From Flavobacteriaceae bacterium (GTDB lineage Bacteria; Bacteroidota; Bacteroidia; Flavobacteriales; Flavobacteriaceae), in NCBI GenBank assembly GCA_013042825.1, contig JABDPL010000252.1, positions 1-40,272 on the forward strand: a stretch of DNA of 40,272 nucleotides, written 5' to 3'. Made by a program: the position numbers and the translations under genes. The notes under the pieces are model-generated. The model was not told where the DNA came from. It was given only the letters and a program-made list of their open reading frames with translations, and did no database searches. Below, piece after piece: positions 1 to 7,823 of the stretch (position 1 is its first letter; every line of letters begins with the position of its first letter).

Positions 1-42
1 ATCCACGAGATTGCGTCTTATGTTTCTAAAAAATTTTAGCAT
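1..42 (-). CDS. 5' end of a second DUF6090-like membrane-anchored protein (partial, continues leftward out of the window)
   Basis: The reverse complement of 1..42 reads ATG CTA AAA TTT TTT AGA AAC ATA AGA CGC AAT CTC GTG GAT = MLKFFRNIRRNLVD. This matches the N-terminal signature MIRFLRKIRQKLF of the neighbouring 128..895 product. It is absent from the ORF track because it runs off the edge. Confidence 0.5.
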   Translation of the reverse strand, partial: MLKFFRNIRRNLVD

Positions 43-72
43 TTATCATTGTGCTGCAACCCACCCCTAAAT

Positions 73-88
73 CCCCTCCCGGGAGGGG
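73..88. repeat. Perfect 16-nt GC-rich palindrome CCCCTCCCGGGAGGGG in the 85-nt spacer between the two DUF6090-like genes (possible hairpin)
   Basis: Read directly: CCCCTCCC (73..80) is the reverse complement of GGGAGGGG (81..88). The surrounding DNA is AT-rich. No flanking T-run, so a terminator role is unproven. Confidence 0.55.
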
Positions 89-127
89 AAGGTAAAGGTG
101 TGGGTGTTGTTTGACGGAAGAATTTGA

Positions 128-895
128 TCATTGTTGTTCACTAAGTTTTCTTTCAATTAATCCGATTATTGAATCACATTCCGCCTGAGCCCTTTCAAGG
201 CTTGGAATGATATATATTAAATTAAAATCCAATAGATTCAGAAAGTTCTTAAAATATCGATCCTTTATGAAATACTCGGCATCTGCTTTGTAGATTTCCG
301 CATCCTTGCTTTCAGAGAATGATTGATGGTTAAGTGCTAATGAAAGTCCGTTGAATTCTATATGGTCTAAAGTTCGCTCATTGTATAAATACACTGTTCT
401 GTCTTCATATACGTGCTCTTCACTTAACCTTATCTCAGTATATAAACTTCTTAGTTCAAGTAATCTGTTCTTTATATTTTCATTGGTAATCAGCCTGAGT
501 TGGGAACTGTTTAATACTTCTTCAAGGGTATTGGTATTGGGGCTAAATCTATAAAATGGGAAAACATAATAATAATGGTAATAAAAAGAGTCAAGATCTA
601 TTTCTCTTAACTCAATAGATCGGATCAATGCCTTGGCACTGCGGCGTTGATTTTTCCTGATTGAAATGAGGGAGTCCAATTGTACCCGATCAGAAGACAA
701 GTCTCTTGCAAAGCCCTCCAAATACTTATTAGTCAAAGCCCTGTCCTTTCTTGCTTCGTTCGCATTATTGATTTGCAAAGCGATCAGTATACCGATCACA
801 ACCAGAATGATCTCACCAAGCGCGTATAGAGTATACTTACTTAGTTTATTGTCCATAAATAGCTTTTGACGAATCTTTCTTAAGAACCTAATCAT
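128..895 (-). CDS. DUF6090-like protein of unknown function, N-terminal single-TM anchor
   Basis: 255 aa. Basic N-terminus MIRFLRKIRQKL, then the TM helix YTLYALGEIILVVIGILIALQINN, which I recognise as typical of the Bacteroidota DUF6090 family (from memory). It starts 3 nt after the GH3 stop, so it is probably co-transcribed. Confidence 0.7.
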   Translation of the reverse strand: MIRFLRKIRQKLFMDNKLSKYTLYALGEIILVVIGILIALQINNANEARKDRALTNKYLEGFARDLSSDRVQLDSLISIRKNQRRSAKALIRSIELREIDLDSFYYHYYYVFPFYRFSPNTNTLEEVLNSSQLRLITNENIKNRLLELRSLYTEIRLSEEHVYEDRTVYLYNERTLDHIEFNGLSLALNHQSFSESKDAEIYKADAEYFIKDRYFKNFLNLLDFNLIYIIPSLERAQAECDSIIGLIERKLSEQQ

Positions 896-898
896 ACC

Positions 899-3079
899 TT
901 ACTTAACCCTGATCTTAAATGTACGCGAAATATTATCGGAGGCATTTCCAACATAAACCGTATAACTACCTTCCTCTAAATTCCAATCGGAGATGGACTC
1001 GTCATAATACGCCAGATCCTCAATTTTGATATCTATTGAAATATCTTCGGTTTCACCGGGTTCGAGATATACCTTCTGAAAGCCTTTGAGTTCTTTCACC
1101 GCCCGCGGTACTTTCGATTTATTCTTCCCAACGTATACCTGAACCACCTCGGCACCGGCCATATTAGCCGTATTGGTAATCGAACAGCTGATAGTGATTG
1201 CATCCCCTTTCTCAAAATTCTTAGAGTTAATCTCGGCGTTGAAAAGCTGGAATTCAGTATAAGATAACCCATGTCCGAATGCAAATTGCGGTTTGATCTT
1301 CCTGGTATCATGCCAGCGGTAACCCACGAGGATGTCTTCCTTATATTCCTGCTCATAATCGACGCCCGGGTAAGAGATCTCCCCGTAATAATGTGCTGCA
1401 TTGTCTTCCAGTTTTACAGGGAAGGTGAAGGGCAATTTACCGGACGGATTCACATCGCCACTAACTACATCAGCTATGGCATGGCCCGACTGACTACCCA
1501 GGAACCAAGCCTGCATAATGCCTTTTACTTTATCAACCCACGGCATTTCTACAGCATTCCCGCTTATAAGTACCATCCCTGTATTCGGATTGGCTTTAAC
1601 CACGGCATCCAGCAATTCATCCTGACCGAAGGGCAGTCCGTAATCCAAACGGTCACCGCCTTCACAGTCCTGGTAATGGTTTTTATTGAGTCCGCCGATA
1701 AACAAGACCAAATCCGCTTTTTTGGCTGCCGCCACGGCTGCAGTTTTGAGGGAGTCATTATTATATTTGGGAGGAATTACCTTTCCGTATTGAGGCGGTC
1801 CGGAATTATAACCCATGGCATGGATGATCTTTGCATTCTTAAAGCGTTCTTTGATTCCCCTTAACGGTGAAACCTCATCCTTGGCCTTCAATTCGGAAGA
1901 ACCACCTCCGGGCGTCAATGCCTTTGTCGCATTTTCTCCGATTATCGCCAGGGTAAGTTCTTTATTCGGGTCAATCGGGAAGAAGTCTTCATTCTTAAGC
2001 AATACTATACCCTCAGTTCCGATTTTCCTGGCAACATCCAGATGTTCCCGATTATTCATGCGCCCCAAACCCCGGTCAGGATTCATGGTTGTGCGAAACA
2101 TAAGGCGTAATATGCGCCTGACTTTATCATCTACGGTACTGATAGGTACTTCTCCGGTTTTCAGTAATTCCAGGTAGGGATTCGCCAGGTAATAGTAGTC
2201 GTAGGCATAATCTGCCGAGACTGTTAAACCATCACTGTGTGATCCCATCTCCATATCCAGACCATAAAGTGCAGCCTCCCGGGTATTGGTTGCACCTCCC
2301 CAGTCTGTGATCACTACACCGTCAAATTGCCAGTCATTCTTAAGGATCTTATTCAACAGTATTTCATTATGACAGCAATACTGGCCCTTGTATTTGTTGT
2401 AAGCACCCATGACCGACCATACCTTCCCCTCCTGAACCCCGGCCTTAAACGCCGGTAAATAAATTTCATACAACGCCCGCTCACTCACTTTTACATTTAC
2501 CTTGTTTCGCCAGACCTCCTGGTTATTTAGCACATAGTGTTTCAAACAAGCGGCAACGCCATTCTGTTGAACACCCTGTATATATGGCACTACCATTTTA
2601 GATGCCAGGAAAGGATCTTCTCCCATATATTCAAAATTACGACCGTTCAGGGGTGTGCGGTAGATATTCACACCAGGTCCCAGCAGGACATCTTTCCTTC
2701 TGTACCGGGCCTCTTCACCTACAGCGATACCGTATTCTTCAGAGCGCTCCGGATTAAAGGTAGCCGCCAGGCATGTAAGGGCTGGAAAGGCCGTTGCAAA
2801 ATCATTCGTCCATCCGGCATAACCCCATTTGTCCCAGTTGATCTCACCTCGAACGCCGTGGGGCCCATCAGACATCCAGATCTCGGGGATTCCCAGCCTG
2901 GCTACTCCCGGGGTGCTGAACTTCGACTGTGCATGGCACATGGCCACCTTTTCCTCAAGCGTAAGCTGAGAAAGAATAGATTCTATTTTGGTGTCTAAGT
3001 CTTTTGAATTCGTCTGTGCCATAATATCAAAACAGGAATTAATAACAACTAATGCAAGCAAATACACTCTGATTTTCAT
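899..3079 (-). CDS. bglX: Glycoside hydrolase family 3 beta-glucosidase, secreted
   Basis: 726 aa. Signal peptide MKIRVYLLALVVINSCFDIMAQ. GH3 hallmarks SDGPHGVR, KHYVLNNQE and nucleophile context GVVITDWGG. Long C-terminal beta-sandwich region. Confidence 0.93.
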   Translation of the reverse strand: MKIRVYLLALVVINSCFDIMAQTNSKDLDTKIESILSQLTLEEKVAMCHAQSKFSTPGVARLGIPEIWMSDGPHGVRGEINWDKWGYAGWTNDFATAFPALTCLAATFNPERSEEYGIAVGEEARYRRKDVLLGPGVNIYRTPLNGRNFEYMGEDPFLASKMVVPYIQGVQQNGVAACLKHYVLNNQEVWRNKVNVKVSERALYEIYLPAFKAGVQEGKVWSVMGAYNKYKGQYCCHNEILLNKILKNDWQFDGVVITDWGGATNTREAALYGLDMEMGSHSDGLTVSADYAYDYYYLANPYLELLKTGEVPISTVDDKVRRILRLMFRTTMNPDRGLGRMNNREHLDVARKIGTEGIVLLKNEDFFPIDPNKELTLAIIGENATKALTPGGGSSELKAKDEVSPLRGIKERFKNAKIIHAMGYNSGPPQYGKVIPPKYNNDSLKTAAVAAAKKADLVLFIGGLNKNHYQDCEGGDRLDYGLPFGQDELLDAVVKANPNTGMVLISGNAVEMPWVDKVKGIMQAWFLGSQSGHAIADVVSGDVNPSGKLPFTFPVKLEDNAAHYYGEISYPGVDYEQEYKEDILVGYRWHDTRKIKPQFAFGHGLSYTEFQLFNAEINSKNFEKGDAITISCSITNTANMAGAEVVQVYVGKNKSKVPRAVKELKGFQKVYLEPGETEDISIDIKIEDLAYYDESISDWNLEEGSYTVYVGNASDNISRTFKIRVK

Positions 3080-3218
3080 TGGAAATATTTTTAAAGATGA
3101 AGTTAGATCTCGATGTGAAATACATTCAAAATGAATTGAAAATTATTAGGCAGGTGGGTGAGAATTTGGTGACATGAAATTACTAAATTTAATTGATTTA
3201 GTTGTTTATTTTTGAGGT

Positions 3219-3596
3219 ATGAATCCGGCAGAAGAATACATTTTCAGACAAGAGGAACCCTATCAGTCCATTCTTATTCATGTGAGATCGGTTATTCTTT
3301 CTACCGTAAACCCTATTGAGGAGAAGTTCAACTACAGCGTTCCTTTTTATCATTACAGAAAAAAGCCTTTCATATACCTGAACATCCTGAAAGGCCAGGA
3401 TTTTGTTGATGTCGCTTTCGTTAAGGGCGTCCGGCTTGAAGACCGGTTTCCGCAACTCATGGATTATAATGAACGGAAGAATGTAAGATCCCTGCAATAC
3501 AAATCGTTGGAAGATATTGACGAAAACTTGCTCAGGGAGATCATTTTAGCCGCAGCTGAATTAACGGGTAAAAGCCGGACAGGATGGTTTAACTAA
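3219..3596 (+). CDS. DUF1801 (YdhG-like) domain protein
   Basis: 125 aa. Size and pattern (EKFNYSVPFYHYRKKPFIYLN ... VDVAFVKG) resemble the YdhG/DUF1801 family. By eye only. Confidence 0.6.
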   Translation: MNPAEEYIFRQEEPYQSILIHVRSVILSTVNPIEEKFNYSVPFYHYRKKPFIYLNILKGQDFVDVAFVKGVRLEDRFPQLMDYNERKNVRSLQYKSLEDIDENLLREIILAAAELTGKSRTGWFN

Positions 3597-4060
3597 AATT
3601 TTTTGGAAACGATATAATTTTCAAAGATCATTCCGCGAAAGGTCTTTTGCTGAAGAGCCTCAATGGTATAACCGCGCTTTTCGAAGAATTTCCTTGCTGT
3701 TAGACTCACATCGGAATGCACCGAATCAAAACCATTTGTTTCGGCTTGTTTCTCAATGCGATCGGCAAGCAGGGTTGCAATTCCCTTGCCCTGATATTTA
3801 TGATGAACAAAGAGTCCGTCAAAGTAATTGCCATCGTTCAAATAGGCAAAACCAACTATGGTCTTTCCCGATTCGGCCACAATAAAATACCAGCTTTTGA
3901 TACGCTTCTCCCATTTCGGGATATCATCGGCACTTGAGATCCAGTGCTTGATCTGCTCTTCGGAATAGTCTCTTGAATTGATATGGCTGACGGTTTCCCT
4001 GAAGAGGGTAGTTAGCTCGAAGACATCGTCCGGATCGGCTTTCCGAAGGACAATTTTCAT
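3593..4060 (-). CDS. GNAT family N-acetyltransferase
   Basis: 155 aa. Acetyl-CoA binding motif HHKYQGKGIATLL (Q/RxxGxG/A). 4-nt overlap with the kdsA stop, indicating an operon. Confidence 0.85.
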   Translation of the reverse strand: MKIVLRKADPDDVFELTTLFRETVSHINSRDYSEEQIKHWISSADDIPKWEKRIKSWYFIVAESGKTIVGFAYLNDGNYFDGLFVHHKYQGKGIATLLADRIEKQAETNGFDSVHSDVSLTARKFFEKRGYTIEALQQKTFRGMIFENYIVSKKF

Positions 4061-4887
4061 TCGCCAAGATTATTGATGAGCTGGCGAATAGTGACCAGAT
4101 TACCCAGGAGCCTATCCAGTTTATCCAGGTGTAGCATATTAGCACCATCACTCTTGGCACTGGCCGGATCAAAATGGGTTTCTATAAACAGGCCGTCTAC
4201 ATGGTTCACGACAGCTGCACGGGCAATTGTTTCTATCATTTCCGGTCGCCCGCCGGTAACACCAGTCGATTGATTGGGTTGTTGAAGGGAATGGGTAACA
4301 TCAAGTATAACCGGTGCAAATGCTCTCATGGTTGGAATACCCCTGAAATCAACAATAAGATCCTGATAACCAAACATGGTTCCGCGATCTGTGATCCATG
4401 CGTTCTGATTTCCTGAATCTTTCACCTTCTTAACAGCATGCTGCATGGATTCCGGACTCATAAACTGGCCTTTCTTCAGGTTGATCACCTTTCCTGTTTT
4501 TGCTGCAGCGACAACAAGGTCGGTCTGGCGTACAAGAAATGCCGGTATCTGAAGCACATCTACATAGGCCGCGGCAATTTCGGCATCGCCTACCTCATGA
4601 ATATCGGTAACGGTTGGAATATCGAAGGTCTCACTTACCTTCTTAAGGATCCTCAGCGCCTTTTCATCTCCAATTCCCGTAAAGCTGTCAATCCGGCTGC
4701 GATTGGCCTTTTTAAAACTGCCCTTAAATATAAACGGAATTTGCAGCCTGTCGCAGATTTTTACTATACGTTCGGCAATCCTTAAAGCCATATCCTCTCC
4801 TTCTATGGCACAGGGTCCGGCCAGGAGAAAAAAATTATCTGAAAATGAATGCTTTATTTTGGGAACCTCATGAAGATCCATAGGCAC
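4057..4887 (-). CDS. kdsA: 3-deoxy-8-phosphooctulonate (KDO-8-P) synthase
   Basis: 276 aa. KdsA motifs LLAGPCAIE, FKGSFKKANRS, LQIPAFLVRQTDL and LDVTHSLQ. The Cys in GPC implies the metal-dependent class. Start is GTG at 4887, or ATG two codons later at 4881. Confidence 0.95.
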   Translation of the reverse strand: MPMDLHEVPKIKHSFSDNFFLLAGPCAIEGEDMALRIAERIVKICDRLQIPFIFKGSFKKANRSRIDSFTGIGDEKALRILKKVSETFDIPTVTDIHEVGDAEIAAAYVDVLQIPAFLVRQTDLVVAAAKTGKVINLKKGQFMSPESMQHAVKKVKDSGNQNAWITDRGTMFGYQDLIVDFRGIPTMRAFAPVILDVTHSLQQPNQSTGVTGGRPEMIETIARAAVVNHVDGLFIETHFDPASAKSDGANMLHLDKLDRLLGNLVTIRQLINNLGE

Positions 4888-4903
4888 TTGAACTTAACAA
4901 GCG

Positions 4904-4911
4904 CAAAGATA
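4904..4911 (-). promoter_or_regulatory. Candidate Bacteroidota -7 promoter box (TAnnTTTG) for kdsA
   Basis: The plus strand reads CAAAGATA, which is TATCTTTG on the minus strand. It lies 17 nt upstream of the kdsA start. Confidence 0.35.
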
Positions 4912-4918
4912 GTCAATT

Positions 4919-5275
4919 TTAAAAGTTGTGCTTATAGCTGTTCCGGATGATCCAGGCTGACATGATGAAATTCATCAATACGAAGAGTCCGCTGTAAATA
5001 ATTATTCCCTTGGCAAGTACCATTGGCGGGATATTCCACAGATCGGAAAGATAGCCCAGGATGAGATAAGATGACAGGCAGATAAAGCTGATCCCCAGGT
5101 AAAAATTCAACTTCCTATTTGGCCTGATCATTTGCCATAGAAAAGGAATGGTAAGCAGTAGCACGGGGTATGCGCTGATCCCTTCACTACGATTGAGGTC
5201 GGTAAACCAATAAATGCTAATTGAAATAAAATAAAGATACGGGATCCAGTTTGCTAATTTGTTGATACTTTTCAT
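4919..5275 (-). CDS. Small integral membrane protein (about 4 TM), unknown function
   Basis: 118 aa, almost entirely hydrophobic helices. No family recognised. Confidence 0.55.
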   Translation of the reverse strand: MKSINKLANWIPYLYFISISIYWFTDLNRSEGISAYPVLLLTIPFLWQMIRPNRKLNFYLGISFICLSSYLILGYLSDLWNIPPMVLAKGIIIYSGLFVLMNFIMSAWIIRNSYKHNF

Positions 5276-5444
5276 CTGGCTTTGAGTTATGGGTTTCAGA
5301 TGTAAATACCATTATCAGATTGCGGTTGGTCAGTAAAATAATGGGTTTACACGCAATCACTTATTTAACCAACGGCAATTTTCGGGCCTCAGTGTATCTC
5401 ATCTAAATTATAACATATAATTAACGTAATGTGAAATTTAAATG

Positions 5445-5452
5445 TACTTTTG
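5445..5452 (+). promoter_or_regulatory. Candidate -7 promoter box (TACTTTTG)
   Basis: Matches TAnnTTTG, 45 nt upstream of ATG 5497, in the divergent intergenic region. Confidence 0.35.
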
Positions 5453-5496
5453 AAAAGGTATCCGGGAAATGAAAATCCGTATGCTTTTTTGAATGT

Positions 5497-5727
5497 ATGA
5501 TCGAGACAAATTCTGCTGTTACTGAGTGGGTGGGATATACGGCCATGCTGATGGTCTTGGTCTCTTTTATGATGAAGGATTTCAGGCGGTTGCGATTCGT
5601 GAACAGCCTCGGAGCAGTTTTATTCGTTGTTTATGGTTTTTTACTCCAGATCTCATGGCCCATTGTTATAACAAACCTGGCCATAGTAGGCGTGAATTGT
5701 TATTATTTATTTTTTCGAAAAAATTAG
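5497..5727 (+). CDS. Small 3-TM membrane protein (YgjV-like by eye)
   Basis: 76 aa with three hydrophobic helices. It ends at TAG 5725..5727, in the same frame as the downstream acyltransferase. Confidence 0.6.
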   Translation: MIETNSAVTEWVGYTAMLMVLVSFMMKDFRRLRFVNSLGAVLFVVYGFLLQISWPIVITNLAIVGVNCYYLFFRKN

Positions 5728-5763
5728 TATTTTCAACCAACAAAGCCCAGCAATATTTATTCA

Positions 5764-6726
5764 ATAGAACGCTATACCGCTTCAAATGAGACACTTTGGA
5801 ACGGCTTTGTTTCCAAGGCAAAGAACGCTACCTTTTTGTTTTATCGTAACTTTATGGATTATCATGCCAACCGCTTTCATGACCATTCATTAATGATCAG
5901 GAAAGGTGATAATCTCATGGCTTTATTTCCGGCGAATCAGGATGAAAATATGATTTGGTCACATGGCGGGCTTACCTATGGCGGACTAATACTTCTACCC
6001 GAGATACGATTATCTGATGTCATTTACGGATTTCAAGGTGTCTTACAGTATTACCAGGCCCTTGGTATTCATGAGCTGCGTGTAAAGACCATACCGCAGA
6101 TATATCACAGGCAACCAAGCGATGAGATCGATTACCTGATGTTTAAACTCGAGGCAAATCGTTATCGCTGCGATTGCCTTTCGGTTGTGTCACCAACCCG
6201 GCTGAAATATTCCAGGGACCGGAAGCAAGGCATAAAGCGTGGAAATAAGAATGGCTTGAAGGTTATTGAGGTCAGTGACTTTGAGGAGTTTTGGAGCCAG
6301 ATCCTTATACCCAATCTTGAATCAAAACATCAAAGCAGACCGGTTCACACCCTGGATGAGATCCGTCTGCTAAAAACGCGTTTCCCAGAACAAATTCGGC
6401 AGTTCAATGTCTATGATTCTGGCGGGATTATCGTTGCGGGCACAACCATTTTCGATACTGAACGAGTAGCGCGTTCCCAGTACATATCAGGCAATACTGA
6501 AAAGAATAATCTGGGTAGTTTAGATCTGTTGCACGATTATTTATTACGGGAGGTTTTCCCGTCAAAGCCATATTTCGATTTTGGTAAATCCAATGAAGAC
6601 GAAGGGCGCACCATCAATGAAGGCCTGTTATACTGGAAAGAGGGATTCGGGGCCAGATCTGTTGCCCATGATTATTTTTCGGTAGATCCGGCTATGCATG
6701 TTAAACTAAATGGAGTTTTTAAATGA
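5764..6726 (+). CDS. FemAB-like / GNAT-fold acyltransferase (start codon uncertain)
   Basis: The frame is open from 5728. Residues upstream of the first canonical start (TTG 5836) read IERYTASNETLWNGFVSKAKNATF and look like a genuine N-terminus of this fold. Only ATA 5764 or ATT 5755 are available there. The minimal canonical ORF is 5836..6726. The C-terminal LLHDYLLRE...YFDFGKS resembles FemAB/BioF2-like acetyltransferase families. Confidence 0.65.
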   Translation: MERYTASNETLWNGFVSKAKNATFLFYRNFMDYHANRFHDHSLMIRKGDNLMALFPANQDENMIWSHGGLTYGGLILLPEIRLSDVIYGFQGVLQYYQALGIHELRVKTIPQIYHRQPSDEIDYLMFKLEANRYRCDCLSVVSPTRLKYSRDRKQGIKRGNKNGLKVIEVSDFEEFWSQILIPNLESKHQSRPVHTLDEIRLLKTRFPEQIRQFNVYDSGGIIVAGTTIFDTERVARSQYISGNTEKNNLGSLDLLHDYLLREVFPSKPYFDFGKSNEDEGRTINEGLLYWKEGFGARSVAHDYFSVDPAMHVKLNGVFK

Positions 6727-7823
6727 TCCCATTCTTCGATCTGAAAACATATAACCAGCAGTATAAGAATGAGATCGATGCGGCCATTGAACAGGTTCTC
6801 GCATCTGGGCGGTATATTCTGGGTGAGCAGGTTGAACGTTTCGAGCATGAATATGCCAGCTATTGCGGTACCACATATTGTATTGGAACCGGTAATGGAA
6901 TGGACGCCTTGTTATTGATATTCAAAGCCTGGATAGAACTGGGATTACTGGAACCCGGAGACGAAGTGATGGTGCCGGCAAACACCTATATCGCTTCAAT
7001 ATTGCCGGTGATTCACGCCAGGCTGAAGCCTGTATTCGTAGAACCGGACATAGAAACCTTTAACCTCGATCCCGAAAAGTTGGATGCCGCGCTAAGTTCA
7101 AAGACAAAGGTGATCATGGCTGTACATCTCTACGGACAATTGGCCGATATGAAGGCCATCAATTCCTTTGCCAAAGCTCATGGCCTGCTGGTGGTAGAAG
7201 ATGCGGCTCAGGGCCACGGCGCGAGTGGAAAGGATAATAAAAAGGCAGGCAACCTCTCCGATGCGGCCGGATTCAGTTTTTATCCAACAAAAAATTTAGG
7301 TGCTTTAGGGGATGCGGGCGCTGTTACCACAAATAATGATGAGTTGGCTGCAATGTTGAGAAAGCTCCGGGATTACGGCCGTTCAACAAAATACCTGAAT
7401 GAATTGGCCGGGATAAATTCACGTCTAGATGAGTTCCAGGCGGCTGTCCTAAATGTTAAATTGGCCAGCCTTGATCGGGACAATGAGAAGAGACGAAAAT
7501 TAGCCGGATTTTATCTTGATCGAATTAATAATCAAAAACTAAAACTGCCGTTTTACAGTGGAGCCCAGGATCACGTTTTCCACCAGTTCGTGCTGCGTAC
7601 TCCCGAGCGCGAGCGATTTATAGGTCATCTGAATAAACACGGTATAGGGACCCTCGTACATTACCCGGTTCCTCCTCATAAACAAAAAGCACTTAAACCG
7701 TACAATGAATTATCTTTGAATATAACCGAGCAGATCCATAATGAAGTTGTGAGCATACCATTAAATCCAACCCTGAGCATGGGATCTCTTGAGACCGTTG
7801 TTAACCATATAAATACTTTTTAA
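6723..7823 (+). CDS. DegT/DnrJ/EryC1/StrS-family PLP-dependent sugar aminotransferase (FdtB/QdtB-like)
   Basis: 366 aa. PLP-lysine context FSFYPTKNLGALGDAGA. ATGA overlap with the upstream gene. An FdtA-type isomerase lies in the same locus. Confidence 0.9.
   Translation: MIPFFDLKTYNQQYKNEIDAAIEQVLASGRYILGEQVERFEHEYASYCGTTYCIGTGNGMDALLLIFKAWIELGLLEPGDEVMVPANTYIASILPVIHARLKPVFVEPDIETFNLDPEKLDAALSSKTKVIMAVHLYGQLADMKAINSFAKAHGLLVVEDAAQGHGASGKDNKKAGNLSDAAGFSFYPTKNLGALGDAGAVTTNNDELAAMLRKLRDYGRSTKYLNELAGINSRLDEFQAAVLNVKLASLDRDNEKRRKLAGFYLDRINNQKLKLPFYSGAQDHVFHQFVLRTPERERFIGHLNKHGIGTLVHYPVPPHKQKALKPYNELSLNITEQIHNEVVSIPLNPTLSMGSLETVVNHINTF

Noticed and set aside
1-39. The plus-strand reading of the left edge (IHEIASYVSKKF, stop at 37..39), taken as the C-terminus of an upstream gene
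   Set aside because: The minus-strand reading from ATG 42 gives MLKFFRNIRRNLVD. That reproduces the N-terminal signature of the adjacent DUF6090-like protein, so the minus-strand gene start is the better explanation.
1096-2998. ORFs inside or antisense to the GH3 gene (1096..1401, 1271..1864, 1564..1758, 1815..2177, 2537..2998)
   Set aside because: They lie in alternative frames of a well-supported 726-aa GH3 gene, some on the opposite strand and some on the same strand. Their translations are low-complexity or Arg/Ser-rich with no recognisable motifs, which is typical of shadow ORFs.
3207-3214. A TATTTTTG box just upstream of the DUF1801 gene
   Set aside because: It is only 4 nt from ATG 3219, so a transcription start about 7 nt downstream would fall inside the ORF. 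It is not credible as this gene's promoter unless the mRNA is leaderless from a later start, and no later start exists nearby.
3219-4060. GNAT plus a small neighbouring gene read as a GNAT-type toxin-antitoxin pair
   Set aside because: The genes are convergent, not co-transcribed. The GNAT gene is translationally coupled to kdsA, and the neighbour is DUF1801-like rather than an RHH/DUF1778-type antitoxin.
5470-5493. A 7-codon upstream ORF (MKIRMLF) immediately before the 5497 gene, and similar mini-ORFs at 27117..27149 and 32266..32301
   Set aside because: Such short ORFs are expected by chance in AT-rich spacers, and nothing in the sequence alone supports them.
5526-5789. An 87-aa ORF overlapping the small membrane-protein gene and the acyltransferase leader
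   Set aside because: It is in a different frame from two better-supported genes, and its translation has no membrane or domain features.
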